Assembly (NCBI GenBank): GCA_964344775.1
Contig: CAYFOO010000002.1
Location: 15-64,014, forward strand
Length of the DNA: 64,000 bases
Direction: 5' to 3'
Source of the DNA: an uncultured Candidatus Peribacteria bacterium
Lineage (GTDB): Bacteria > Patescibacteriota > Gracilibacteria > UBA4473
Shown: positions 18,861-27,998 of the stretch, one piece after another
Layout: every line of letters starts with the position of its first letter
Numbering within the stretch: the stretch's first letter is position 1
Notes under the pieces: generated by a model
Seen by the model: only the letters and a program-made list of their open reading frames with translations
The model's database searches: none
Told to the model about the DNA's origin: nothing
Translations under genes and position numbers: made by a program

Positions 18861-19295
18861 ATGAATAATAAAATAATATTTTTACTTTCTGTTGTGGGGG
18901 CAGCGATTTTTGGATTTTTGGCCGCAAAGATGCAGATTGAGCCGGAGGTGCAGATCATCGAAAAAGAAATCCAGCCGGAAATTTCTCTCGTGCAGATCAA
19001 AAAAATTATCGGCGACTCCCTGGATATCAACATTTCTGGTCCGGTCCGGATCCTCTGGGGGGAAGAAAATTTGGTCGAAAATGATGGGGATTATCAGATT
19101 CCCCTGCCTCAAATCCCCAATGAAAATGATTTATCTCTGACGGCTTTTCCTTTCACCGGGAACGCGAATACGGGGAAATTTTATCCCTCAAGTTCTCATT
19201 TCGCTCGATGTGTGGCGGTGGAGCATAGGAGAAGTTTTGATTCAAAGGAAGCAGCTATAACAGCAGGGTTTATTCCATCAAAAAGCGTGAAGTAA
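18861..19295 (+). CDS. membrane-anchored hypothetical protein with a degenerate Ada/sunset-like C-terminal motif
   Basis: N-terminal TM helix. C-terminus GKFYPSSSHFARC..SFDSKEAAITAGFIPSK resembles the Ada Zn-binding-derived domain but lacks most of its Cys residues. Confidence 0.45.
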   Translation: MNNKIIFLLSVVGAAIFGFLAAKMQIEPEVQIIEKEIQPEISLVQIKKIIGDSLDINISGPVRILWGEENLVENDGDYQIPLPQIPNENDLSLTAFPFTGNANTGKFYPSSSHFARCVAVEHRRSFDSKEAAITAGFIPSKSVK

Positions 19296-19502
19296 TTAAT
19301 CTTTTTCGCTCGGCCTTGAAGCTCTTGAAATTTTTTCACAAACCCATTTATAAACGCGTGACACAGGGTTTGATTTTTTTTCAGGAGGGTCTGGGTAACA
19401 GCCTATTTTTCTAAAGTGGCGTTCCTGTTTCTTTCTTTCAGCTTCTGTATTTTCATTACTTGGTAACCGGTAATCGTCAGGACTGCGGTCTCTCCATCCC
19501 AT
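19296..19502 (-). CDS. small hypothetical protein (68 aa)
   Basis: Only ORF filling this gap; basic composition. Weak support. Confidence 0.25.
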   Translation of the reverse strand: MGWRDRSPDDYRLPSNENTEAERKKQERHFRKIGCYPDPPEKKSNPVSRVYKWVCEKISRASRPSEKD

Positions 19503-19566
19503 TTGTTGTAATTTTAAAAAGATAAAGTATAAGTGTTGTATGCTCTGAATTGTTTATAGACAAAAA

Positions 19567-20739
19567 ATGATAAAAAGTCAATACTTATTCATTCTTGGTC
19601 GAAACCCAGAACTCTCTCGGGCAGAGTTGAAGAATTTTTGTGATGAGGTGTGGTATTCTCCCGAAAAATCCCTTTTTATTGGTGAGAATTTACGATTCGA
19701 AAATCCTCGGAATTTGCCGAAGACTTCAGAGCAAATTTTTCTGGATCGACTCGGAGGTGTTGTTCGGTTTGGAGAAATTTTGGGAGAATTTCGATCAGAA
19801 AAGGAAGTTCAGAAGGCTGTTTTGGAACAAGTTCAGAAGGAGGAGAAAGAAGGCAAAATTTATCTAGGAGCAACGGCTTATGGTTGTGGAAAGAAATTTT
19901 TGAAACCTTTTCTTATGGATCTCAAAACACAGGTTGGTGATTGTCGGATCGAAAATTATCCATTGGACGAAAACATGACTTCGGCTCGGATTTTTAATGC
20001 CAAACTACTCAAAAAAGGATTTGAATTTGTGGTGGTGAAAAACAAAGATTCTTTTTTATTGGCTCGAACAGTAGCAAATCAAAACTTGCGAAATTATGAA
20101 CTACGAGATCGGAAGAAAAATTTTCGAGACGCAAAAATGGGAATGTTGCCGCCAAAATTGGCTCAGATTTTGATTAATTTGGCGGATCCAGGTTTTGATG
20201 AAATAGTGATAGATCCTTTTTGTGGAAGTGGAACAATTGGGATTGAGGCAGCGATCATGGGATATCAGACGATTGGATCAGATTTGTCAGAAAAACACGT
20301 CCAAATGGCGAAAGAAAACTTTGCACAAATGGCAGAGAAGTTCCGCTACGAAAAAAGTAGTGGAGAGTTTTTTGCTTCTGATGTGATGAAATTTCCAAAG
20401 GAAAAATTAGAAGGGATTATTGTAACCGAGGGAACTCTGGGATTTAATTTCAAAAAAACACCAAACCGGACGGAAATTGATAAAAATGCTGAAGAAATTT
20501 TAAAGCTGTGGGGCGGTGTCTTTGAAAATTTAGAGAATTCAAAGATCCGAAAGGTAGTGTTTTGTTTACCGGCCTGGAATTTGAGGGGAAAAACAGTCTC
20601 TATTTCAGAAAATTTATTTGCCAAAATTGCAAAAAGTTCTTACACTCCGGTCGCTCTTTTTGACAATCAAAAGACTTTTCTTTATGCACGACCAGATGCT
20701 TTTGTAGCTCGTGAAATCTGTGTTTTGGAGAAAAGATAA
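19567..20739 (+). CDS. SAM-dependent methyltransferase (UPF0020/Trm11-RlmL-like, probable RNA methylase)
   Basis: LPPKLAQILINLA...IDPFCGSGTIGIEAA motif I. Confidence 0.55.
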   Translation: MIKSQYLFILGRNPELSRAELKNFCDEVWYSPEKSLFIGENLRFENPRNLPKTSEQIFLDRLGGVVRFGEILGEFRSEKEVQKAVLEQVQKEEKEGKIYLGATAYGCGKKFLKPFLMDLKTQVGDCRIENYPLDENMTSARIFNAKLLKKGFEFVVVKNKDSFLLARTVANQNLRNYELRDRKKNFRDAKMGMLPPKLAQILINLADPGFDEIVIDPFCGSGTIGIEAAIMGYQTIGSDLSEKHVQMAKENFAQMAEKFRYEKSSGEFFASDVMKFPKEKLEGIIVTEGTLGFNFKKTPNRTEIDKNAEEILKLWGGVFENLENSKIRKVVFCLPAWNLRGKTVSISENLFAKIAKSSYTPVALFDNQKTFLYARPDAFVAREICVLEKR

Positions 20740-20790
20740 AATCCAAAATTTTATCTACAAATTTAAACGTGTGTAGTCTTCCAGCGACGA

Positions 20791-20842
20791 TCCCGGGTAG
20801 CTCAGCGGTAGAGTCCCGAGCAGTCGGGATTAACCACTTGGC
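20791..20842 (+). repeat. tRNA-Asn 5' fragment; 5' strand of the anticodon stem and start of the loop replaced by a mini-palindrome
   Basis: tcccgggtagctcagcggtagag + tcccgagcagtcggga + ttaaccacttggc. The first and last parts are identical to the tRNA at 21200. Confidence 0.8.
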
Positions 20843-20870
20843 ACTTATCCCAAAAAAAGGTAGAAAAGAG

Positions 20871-21125
20871 ATGATGTATTGTGTATACATTCTTGAGAAT
20901 CAGAACGAGTCAATTTATATCGGTTCAACAGATAATTTAGAAAAGAGGCTTGAGAATCATAATGATCCAACACGGGTTGGATGGACACGTAAAAGGGGGC
21001 CATGGAAATTAATTTATAAGGAGGATTATGAAACACGATCAGAAGCAATGAGAAGAGAAAAGTTTTTAAAAAGCTTAAAAGCAGGACAGCGAATAAAAAA
21101 GATCTTAGGCATCGACGAGAAATGA
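20871..21125 (+). CDS. GIY-YIG nuclease-domain protein (84 aa)
   Basis: YCVYILENQNESIYIGSTDNLEKRLENHN..SEAMRREKFLK. ATG at 20871; the ORF-track start at 20769 reads through the tRNA fragment. Confidence 0.8.
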   Translation: MMYCVYILENQNESIYIGSTDNLEKRLENHNDPTRVGWTRKRGPWKLIYKEDYETRSEAMRREKFLKSLKAGQRIKKILGIDEK

Positions 21126-21150
21126 GATCCATTGGTAGATCTTCAAGAAA

Positions 21151-21199
21151 GCCTAGCGGTAGAGTCCTGAGTCCTCGGGATTAACCACTTGGCCGATAC
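21151..21199 (+). repeat. second tRNA-Asn fragment carrying the mini-palindrome
   Basis: gcctagcggtagag + tcctgagtcctcggga + ttaaccacttggcc, immediately 5' of the intact tRNA. Confidence 0.75.
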
Positions 21200-21274
21200 T
21201 CCCGGGTAGCTCAGCGGTAGAGCAAGTGGCTGTTAACCACTTGGCCGTCGGTTCAAATCCGACCCCGGGAGCCA
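21200..21274 (+). tRNA. tRNA-Asn (anticodon GTT), CCA encoded
   Basis: Acceptor tcccggg/cccggga. D arm gctc-agcggta-gagc. Anticodon arm agtgg-ctGTTaa-ccact. T arm gtcgg-ttcaaat-ccgac. Ends g-cca. Confidence 0.9.
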
Positions 21275-21278
21275 TCCT

Positions 21279-21308
21279 CGGAATAAACGAAGTTTATTCC
21301 GTTTTTTG
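21279..21308 (+). terminator. rho-independent terminator after tRNA-Asn
   Basis: cggaataaac-gaa-gtttattccg followed by tttttt. Confidence 0.8.
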
Positions 21309-21429
21309 TTTCACAAAAAAACTCCACTACTTCGTTATTCCTCGTCTCAAAATTTCATGCCCAATCGGACATAAAATTTTGGTAGAAAAATAAACTTGCC
21401 TTGTTTTTATAATTTTTTATTTTGAGAGC

Positions 21430-21756
21430 ATGAAAAAGGCTTTTTTGTTATTGATTCCGGTTTTCTTATTTGGTTGTGCGGCTGATTTTTCTGAGGAAAG
21501 GAGAGCCTGTATAGAGCAAAAAGGGGTTTGGAAATCCTGGAGTAACGATCGAAAAGGAGATCCGAGTTGTAACCTACCGACGGCTGATGTAGGGAAAGAG
21601 TGTACAGATTCTAGTCAGTGTGAAAGCTACTGTTGGGTAGCGGATCCTCAGCCAGAAATAGGAGCAGAAGCAATAGGGAAATGTTATAAATTTCAAAAAG
21701 CGATTTGTATGCGAGAGGTAAAAGAAGGGGTGGTGCAAGAGCAGTGGTGCCAGTGA
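21430..21756 (+). CDS. Cys-rich lipoprotein (hypothetical)
   Basis: Lipobox LLIPVFLFGC. 8 further Cys residues in 90 aa. Confidence 0.6.
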   Translation: MKKAFLLLIPVFLFGCAADFSEERRACIEQKGVWKSWSNDRKGDPSCNLPTADVGKECTDSSQCESYCWVADPQPEIGAEAIGKCYKFQKAICMREVKEGVVQEQWCQ

Positions 21757-21864
21757 ATTTGGTGTCAAGTATAAAGTATCAAGTATTAAGGGGGATGAAA
21801 TCATACTTGATACCTACAAAAAGATTTCTAATATGATTTTGTACCTTTTAAATCTTTTTTTCTC

Positions 21865-22518
21865 ATGCAATTTTTTCTCGATACAGCGGACATCGAAGCC
21901 ATCAAAAAATATGCTTCTTGGGGGATTGTAGATGGGATTACCACCAACCCGAGTTTGATCGCCAAAGAAGGTGTCGATCTCAAGACCCGAATTCTTGAAA
22001 TTACAAAAGTGGTCGATGGACCGATTTCTTCAGAGGTGGTTTCTACAGATGCGGAGGGGATGGTAAAAGAAGCTCAAAATATGGCGAAATGGCACAAAAA
22101 TATCTACGTCAAAATTCCGATGACCTCTGAAGGGCTGAAAGCTGTAAAAATCCTTTCTTCCGAGGGAATTAAAACCAATGTAACGTTGATTTTTTCCACT
22201 GCCCAAGCCGTGATGGCAGCCAAGGCTGGAGCGACCGTAGTTTCTCCTTTTCTTGGGCGGTTAGATGATATTGGGGTAGATGGGATTGCTCTGGTAGAAG
22301 AGATTGTGAATGTATTTGAAATGTATGATTTTCAAACCCAAGTAATTGCGGCATCCATTCGTCATCCACTTCACGTGGTTCAGGCAATGAAAGCTGGAGC
22401 TCATATTGCTACCATTCCGCCAAGCATCTTTGATAAGCTCGTCAAACATCCGCTCACGGACAAAGGAATCGAAGCATTTTTAGCAGATTGGGAGAAAGTG
22501 AAAAGCGTACAAAAATGA
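21865..22518 (+). CDS. tal: transaldolase / fructose-6-phosphate aldolase family (short type)
   Basis: [37 protein letters not shown]. Confidence 0.9.
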   Translation: MQFFLDTADIEAIKKYASWGIVDGITTNPSLIAKEGVDLKTRILEITKVVDGPISSEVVSTDAEGMVKEAQNMAKWHKNIYVKIPMTSEGLKAVKILSSEGIKTNVTLIFSTAQAVMAAKAGATVVSPFLGRLDDIGVDGIALVEEIVNVFEMYDFQTQVIAASIRHPLHVVQAMKAGAHIATIPPSIFDKLVKHPLTDKGIEAFLADWEKVKSVQK

Positions 22519-22555
22519 GTTTTACAAATTAAAAATTTAAAATGCAAAATGCAAA

Positions 22556-23845
22556 ATGAAAGAATTAGTTCAGATCGACTTTGGAAATATTTTTAAGATT
22601 TCATCTGAGCATGGAATTGTTGAAAGTGAATTTCAAAAAAGTGGAGATTTAATTCCTGATTTTTTAGCAAAGATTAAAGCAAGAGATCAGGGGTTTTATC
22701 AGATTTTGGATGATGAAAAAGCACTTGATGAAATTGAAGATTTTGCACAAAAATGTGAAGGGAAATATGATGACATTGTTGTCCTCGGAATTGGTGGGTC
22801 TGCCCTGGGGACTATCACTCTGCGAGATGCTTTTTCTCCGTTATTTGGTAAAACAAACCCCCATTTGCATGTGCTCGAAAATATAGACCCAGACATGATT
22901 TCAGAAATTTTGGATCCCCTTGATTTGTCGAGAACCTTGTTTCTCGCAATTTCAAAATCCGGAGGAACACCTGAAACCTTGTCTCAGTACATGTTTTTTC
23001 GAAAAGCAGTGGAGGATGCTGAATTGAAAGCACAAGATCATTTTGTTTTTATCACCGATCCTCAAGACAGTTTGTTGTTAGAAATTGGAAAAGCAGAAAA
23101 TATTTCTTTATTTTTTATTCCTTCAAATGTAGGAGGACGATTTTCTGTTTTGACATCAGTTGGACTTCTCCCGACAGCTTTAATTGGTATTGATATTCGA
23201 GCGTTGATGGAGGGGGCAAAAAATATGCGAGATCAATTTTCGTCTGAAAATTTTGAGAAAAATATCCCTTTCCAGTTGGCTACCGTTCAGCATTTGTGTG
23301 GTACAAAAGGAAAAACACAAAATGTTTTGATGCCCTATGCGACTAAGCTTCGAACTTTTGCAGGCTGGTTTGCTCAGCTTCTGGCGGAATCTACAGGGAA
23401 AATAAATAAAGAGGGAGTAAATGTAGGGCTTACCCCAGTCCCATCTCTCGGTGCTACTGACCAGCACTCACAACTTCAACTTTTTGCTGAGGGCCCAAAT
23501 GATAAATTGGTGATTTTTTTACGCGTAAATAATTTTGACTCTGATCCAGAAATCCCCGTGATTCTGGAAAATAGAAAAGTAGATTTTTTGAAAGGAGTGA
23601 AATTTTCTCAGCTCCTCAATACCGAACAAAAAGCCACCGCTGATGCCCTGACGGAAAACAACCGGCCAAATTGTACCATTGAAATTTCTGAAATTTCTGA
23701 AGAAGTTTTGGGGCAGCTCTTTTTGCTTTTTGAAGGAGCCACGGCATTTCTTGGAGAGTATTTGCAGATTGATGCATTTGACCAACCAGGAGTGGAGCGA
23801 TCGAAAATTTTGACGAAAGAATATTTGTCGGGGGAAAAGAAATAA
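22556..23845 (+). CDS. pgi: glucose-6-phosphate isomerase
   Basis: GIGGSALG, SKSGGTPET, GGRFSVL motifs. Confidence 0.85.
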   Translation: MKELVQIDFGNIFKISSEHGIVESEFQKSGDLIPDFLAKIKARDQGFYQILDDEKALDEIEDFAQKCEGKYDDIVVLGIGGSALGTITLRDAFSPLFGKTNPHLHVLENIDPDMISEILDPLDLSRTLFLAISKSGGTPETLSQYMFFRKAVEDAELKAQDHFVFITDPQDSLLLEIGKAENISLFFIPSNVGGRFSVLTSVGLLPTALIGIDIRALMEGAKNMRDQFSSENFEKNIPFQLATVQHLCGTKGKTQNVLMPYATKLRTFAGWFAQLLAESTGKINKEGVNVGLTPVPSLGATDQHSQLQLFAEGPNDKLVIFLRVNNFDSDPEIPVILENRKVDFLKGVKFSQLLNTEQKATADALTENNRPNCTIEISEISEEVLGQLFLLFEGATAFLGEYLQIDAFDQPGVERSKILTKEYLSGEKK

Positions 23846-23889
23846 GAAATAATGTGGGCACAAGTTTTTATTTCTTAATTTTAAATAAA

Positions 23890-24546
23890 ATGACAAAATC
23901 TGATCACACCTTCGATGAAGAACTGGCTATCGATGAATTTCGAGTGGCGATTTTTGGTTCTGCTCGAACCAAAAAAGACGAAGAAATTTATAAAAATGTA
24001 GCCGATCTAGCCAAATCTCTGGGAGAGAGAGATATTGATGTAGTTTCTGGCGGAGGTCCAGGGATGATGGAAGCAGCAAACTATGGTCACCAGTTAGCGA
24101 AAAATGGAAATGCTCATTCCATTGGACTAACAATTGAATTACCTTTTGAAGCAGAAGGCAACAAACATATGGATCTTAAAAAACATTTTAATAAATTTTC
24201 CAATCGATTGGATCACTTCATGATGCTCTCAAATGTAGTGGTGGTAGTACCGGGAGGAATTGGAACAGCACTGGAGCTTTTTTACACTTGGCAACTGACA
24301 CAGGTGAAGCACATGAAAAACATTCCCATCATTCTTCATGGGAAAATGTGGCACGAACTTATGGAATGGGTAAAGGATGAACCACTTAAAAGAGCATTGA
24401 TGGACAAAGAAGATTTCCAAAATATTTTTTGTGTTTCCAATAATGAAGAAGCTCTAGAAATTATCGATGATTGGCAAAAAAAATATAATGAAAAAGGAGA
24501 TGCTTTTTGTGCTAATTATCCGAAGTACAATGTGGAGGGAATTTAG
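23890..24546 (+). CDS. LOG/TIGR00730-family Rossmann-fold nucleotide-binding protein
   Basis: GGGPGMMEAANYG and PGGIGTALELF motifs. ATG at 23890 preferred over the GTG at 23854. Confidence 0.8.
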   Translation: MTKSDHTFDEELAIDEFRVAIFGSARTKKDEEIYKNVADLAKSLGERDIDVVSGGGPGMMEAANYGHQLAKNGNAHSIGLTIELPFEAEGNKHMDLKKHFNKFSNRLDHFMMLSNVVVVVPGGIGTALELFYTWQLTQVKHMKNIPIILHGKMWHELMEWVKDEPLKRALMDKEDFQNIFCVSNNEEALEIIDDWQKKYNEKGDAFCANYPKYNVEGI

Positions 24547-24685
24547 GAAAGGCAAAAAGATGAATGCAGAGTTTTTTCGTCAAGATTTTTGTTGTCATAG
24601 AAGCTTCGGTTAGGCAGGTAGAGGATTTTAAATTATTGAGATTTTTTTTCGTTTCTTTAGGCTCCAAAAACTAAGTTCTATTTTT

Positions 24686-24958
24686 ATGAAAAAAAATTTC
24701 ACGATTCGAGTTTTTGGAAAGGTTCAGGGGGTATGGTTTCGTGATTCCACTCAAAAAAAAGCAAAAGAGTTATCGATCTTTGGATGGGTAAAAAATGAAT
24801 CAGATGGTACGGTTTTGATCGAAGCAGAAGGAATCGAAGAAGATTTGAAACAGTTTTTTGCATGGTGTGAGGAAGGGCCAGAGATGGCGAAAGTTGGTCG
24901 AGTGGAAATTTCTGAAGGGGAAGTGCAAAATTTGGAAGATTTTAAAGTCATTTATTAA
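24686..24958 (+). CDS. acyP: acylphosphatase
   Basis: VFGKVQGVWFRDSTQKKAKELSIFGWVKNESDGTVLIEAEG. Confidence 0.85.
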   Translation: MKKNFTIRVFGKVQGVWFRDSTQKKAKELSIFGWVKNESDGTVLIEAEGIEEDLKQFFAWCEEGPEMAKVGRVEISEGEVQNLEDFKVIY

Positions 24959-25542
24959 TGAAAAAATATGAGCGACTTTTTCTCGCTATTCCAATCCCAA
25001 AGGAATTTGAAAAAAAATTGCTGCGTTTTCAGATCCAACATTCGGAACTGGAGAAAATAGAAAATATCCGTTGGACACCTGTGCAGAACCTACATGTAAC
25101 TTTATTTTTTTTGGGAGCAGTAGATTCTGGTGTTATTCCAGATTTAAAAAAAGAATTGTGTGAAATTTTTTCTTCTGCAAAACCATTTGAATTGAAATTA
25201 GAAAAAATCTGTTTTCAGCCAGCTCAAAATCCAAAAATGATCTGGGCTAGATTTTTTGAAAACGAAAATTTTACCAAACTTTCACGTCAAGTTGCTGATG
25301 TGTACCAGCGATTTCAAAAAGTATCAGAAACAAATTTTAAAAAACAAATTCCACACATAACGCTGGCTCGAATGAAAAATTTTTCTGGAGGAGAATTTTA
25401 TAAAAAACCCGGAAGGGAGGAAAAGATTTTGATATCAAGAGCAGAGCTTTGGCGGTCTGAGTTGCAAAAAGGAGGATCAAAATATACTTCTATTGCCACA
25501 TTTCATTTTGGCTTGTATACTTTTTCTAGAAACAAATGCTAA
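24958..25542 (+). CDS. thpR: RNA 2',3'-cyclic phosphodiesterase / 2'-5' RNA ligase family
   Basis: Two HxT motifs: HVTLFFLG and HITLAR. Confidence 0.8.
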   Translation: MKKYERLFLAIPIPKEFEKKLLRFQIQHSELEKIENIRWTPVQNLHVTLFFLGAVDSGVIPDLKKELCEIFSSAKPFELKLEKICFQPAQNPKMIWARFFENENFTKLSRQVADVYQRFQKVSETNFKKQIPHITLARMKNFSGGEFYKKPGREEKILISRAELWRSELQKGGSKYTSIATFHFGLYTFSRNKC

Positions 25543-26192
25543 TGCGAAAATTAAAATTGATTTCAGTTTTCTTGAGTATCTGTGGAGGACTCTTTTTTTT
25601 CGTAGTTCATGCTTCAGAAACCCAAACACAATTGAGCCTAGAAATCTTCCCGGGAGCATTGCGAGTAAATATTGTTGATGAGAATTATGTGCCTGTACCA
25701 GAGCCTTATGTTTTATTTAGTGAAATAGATTTTAGTTTTATGAACCAAGAGACGAATGCCATATTGGGGACACAAGCTCAGAACATTTGGGTTGAAAATC
25801 CTAGCAGTGATCCAACCTGGGAAGTGACTATTGCAGCGACAAAAGGGCCCACTGCTCTCTGGGTGGATGACGAAGGGAATGATCCATGGGATGGTACTTG
25901 TCCTTCTGTTTGTGTAGATTACAACAGCGGGACAGGAATTGGGCAGCTTACTATAGATCCGACAGATGGTTATATTTATCGAGAAGATTATGGAGATGTA
26001 GAAGGAATTGTGTTAGGGCCGAAAGCCTCCTTCATAGAGGGATCGGTAAATGACATCACCCTTTTTCGATCTACTTCTGGAGAGCCATACCATGCTTATA
26101 GTTTGACTGGGGTGAAACTCAAACAAACCATTCCCGGAGGGCAGCGAGCCAATAGAAGTTATACACTCGATATGACTTTGACAATTGCGTAG
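25536..26192 (+). CDS. secreted WxL-like surface protein 1
   Basis: Signal peptide. Shares LSLEIFPGALRVNIVD.., TWEVTIAATKGPTALW and the C-terminal YTLDMTLTIA with 26747 and 31376. Confidence 0.6.
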   Translation: MLMRKLKLISVFLSICGGLFFFVVHASETQTQLSLEIFPGALRVNIVDENYVPVPEPYVLFSEIDFSFMNQETNAILGTQAQNIWVENPSSDPTWEVTIAATKGPTALWVDDEGNDPWDGTCPSVCVDYNSGTGIGQLTIDPTDGYIYREDYGDVEGIVLGPKASFIEGSVNDITLFRSTSGEPYHAYSLTGVKLKQTIPGGQRANRSYTLDMTLTIA

Positions 26193-26449
26193 GGAAGGAA
26201 GTTGGAATGTGGAAGTTAGAAGTTAGAACGTAGAATGGTTTTTTTGAGTTATTTTGTCAAACGATGATATTTGTGCGGTGAATCTATAAAATTGTGTAAA
26301 AAATGTGGAAAACTGCTTTGTGGACAATTGTCTTATTCTTCGCGTAAATAAGCTAATTGTGTAAAAAAATAATGCTGTTTTTTGAATATATAAATACCAC
26401 AAAATTTTTTCAGCGAAAGCGAAAATTGAGGAAAAAATGTGAAAAAGGC

Positions 26450-26479
26450 TTGCATTGAAAATTGGTCTTTCAGTATAAT
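26450..26479 (+). promoter_or_regulatory. candidate sigma70-type promoter (TTGCAT-18-TATAAT)
   Basis: ttgcat at 26450-55, tataat at 26474-79. Confidence 0.4.
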
Positions 26480-26643
26480 ATGAGACGATGAAAAATATTG
26501 AGAAGGAGCTCAGCTTTCTAAAAACTCTATGCGTGCGGGGCATGGGGCAAGTCAGTTTGGCTTTTTCTTTTTGTTTGTCAGTTCTTTCGGGCGTGTTCTT
26601 ACGCCCCCCGATCGGCTCTACACGGGCGGACGAGAAAAAAGTT

Positions 26644-26672
26644 TTGACTTTCTTTTGTAATTATGTTACAAT
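26644..26672 (+). promoter_or_regulatory. candidate promoter (TTGACT-17-TACAAT) for the surface-protein gene at 26747
   Basis: ttgact at 26644-49, tacaat at 26667-72, about 75 nt upstream of the ATG. Confidence 0.55.
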
Positions 26673-26746
26673 ACTCGGAAAGCCAAAAATATGGACGTCC
26701 AAAAGAGCTTTCAAACTATTCTTTATTTCTTAACTTTTTTTTAAAA

Positions 26747-27502
26747 ATGAAAAAAGTAATTGCTATTGCGTTGGCACTTGGACTATTCTCAGGTGTATAC
26801 GCTGCAGACAACACCGACGTAACTATTACTGTTAACGAAGGTGAACTTACTATTGACATCACAGATGCTGATGGAAACACTGTAGCAACTCCAGGAGTTA
26901 CAATGAGTGCCGTAACTTCAGCGTTCTCTGATGCTACTTCTACTGGAACACTTGGGGAAGGAGCTGGGGGAACAAACGAACGGATTACAGCTTACAATCC
27001 ACGAACAAATGGTGCTTTCACTGTTTCTATCCAATCAAGCGACACTGAGTGGCTTGGTGCTACTGATGTAGGAGACAGCCCATGTATTGCTGGTCAAACA
27101 GAAGTTGTACTTGATGACTGTCGATACAACATGGGATTTGCTAATGGGGGACTTGGTACTGGAGCTACAGCTGCTGGTGTAGCTACTTTGACTGTAGATC
27201 CTTCAGGAGGAACAATGGAACAAGCGACTCCAGATCCAGACCAAACTCCAAATCCATGGAGTGGTTTGACTGCACGTGGAACAGCTGGTGCTCCAGATAA
27301 CGGACTTTCTCTTGGTGCTTCTACCGTTTTTGGAACTACAGCAGAGATTATCACTCTTTTTACTTCTACAGATGTAGTTGATGAAGGGAACGACCAAGCA
27401 ATTCTTACACTTACTGGTGTAGGGCTTACTCAAAATGTTCCAGCTGGACAAGCAGCTGATACAGGAGGTTACAGTATTAACCTTCTTCTAACAATTGCTT
27501 AA
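26747..27502 (+). CDS. secreted WxL-like surface protein 2
   Basis: Signal peptide MKKVIAIALALGLFSGVYA. DVTITVNEGELTIDITDADGNTVATPGV. C-terminal YSINLLLTIA. ATG at 26747. Confidence 0.7.
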   Translation: MKKVIAIALALGLFSGVYAADNTDVTITVNEGELTIDITDADGNTVATPGVTMSAVTSAFSDATSTGTLGEGAGGTNERITAYNPRTNGAFTVSIQSSDTEWLGATDVGDSPCIAGQTEVVLDDCRYNMGFANGGLGTGATAAGVATLTVDPSGGTMEQATPDPDQTPNPWSGLTARGTAGAPDNGLSLGASTVFGTTAEIITLFTSTDVVDEGNDQAILTLTGVGLTQNVPAGQAADTGGYSINLLLTIA

Positions 27503-27544
27503 TTCTAAGCAAAACTAGTTAGAAATTTACCCGCAAAAAAACGT

Positions 27545-27580
27545 CCCCCTCACCAAATCTTGGTGAGGGGGATTTGTTTA
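27545..27580 (+). terminator. terminator hairpin
   Basis: ccccctcacc-aaatctt-ggtgaggggg followed by atttgttt. Confidence 0.6.
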
Positions 27581-27660
27581 GGCTGACGAGATTAAACGGA
27601 GCTCGATTCCTGGAATTTTTCTATTTTAAACGTTCTTGCTTAAAAACAAAAGATTTTTAG

Positions 27661-27861
27661 TCATTCTGTAATTTCGCTCCACAAATCTACAAACAACGGA
27701 TTTCTTTCTTTTATTAATCCCAATTTTTCTTCTCGAGACATGTTTTTTAGCTGCTTTTCATAAATAATGGCAGACATTGGTGTTGTTCCTACTTCGTAAT
27801 AAAGTAATTTATTGAGTTTATATTTTTTGGTAAATTCACAGCCTTTCCCTTGTTTATCGTG
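27661..27861 (-). pseudogene. GIY-YIG-family gene remnant (C-terminal 66 codons only)
   Basis: rc reads HDKQGKGCEFTKKYKLNKLLYYEVGTTPMSAIIYEKQLKNMSREEKLGLIKERNPLFVDLWSEITE*. In-frame TAG and TAA codons lie immediately upstream. The N-terminal GIY-YIG part is missing and a hairpin gtcatcccggcttgaccgggatc sits in its place. Confidence 0.6.
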
Positions 27862-27924
27862 CTACTTTTACCAGATCCCGGTCAAGCCGGGATGACCAAG
27901 AAATAAAAAATTATTGAAAAGCAA

Positions 27925-27955
27925 AATAAAAACCCCACACCTGAAGGCATGGGGT
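27925..27955 (-). terminator. terminator after the 168-aa DUF916-like gene
   Basis: On the minus strand: ccccatgccttcaggtgtgggg followed by tttttatttt. Confidence 0.65.
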
Positions 27956-27998
27956 TTGTTTATAAGCCCTTCCGAGCAAAATAAGAGAATCAATCAGT

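Noticed and set aside
20769-20870. N-terminal extension of the GIY-YIG ORF (track start 20769)
   Set aside because: The extension is translated from the tRNA-Asn fragment and mini-palindrome. The canonical GIY-YIG N-terminus begins at the ATG at 20871.
26223-26733. ORFs 26223..26543 (minus strand) and 26488..26733 (plus strand) in the gap before the surface-protein gene
   Set aside because: Their translations are F/S/I-rich or otherwise odd. They overlap promoter-like sequences and repeated boxes, and there is no signal of homology.
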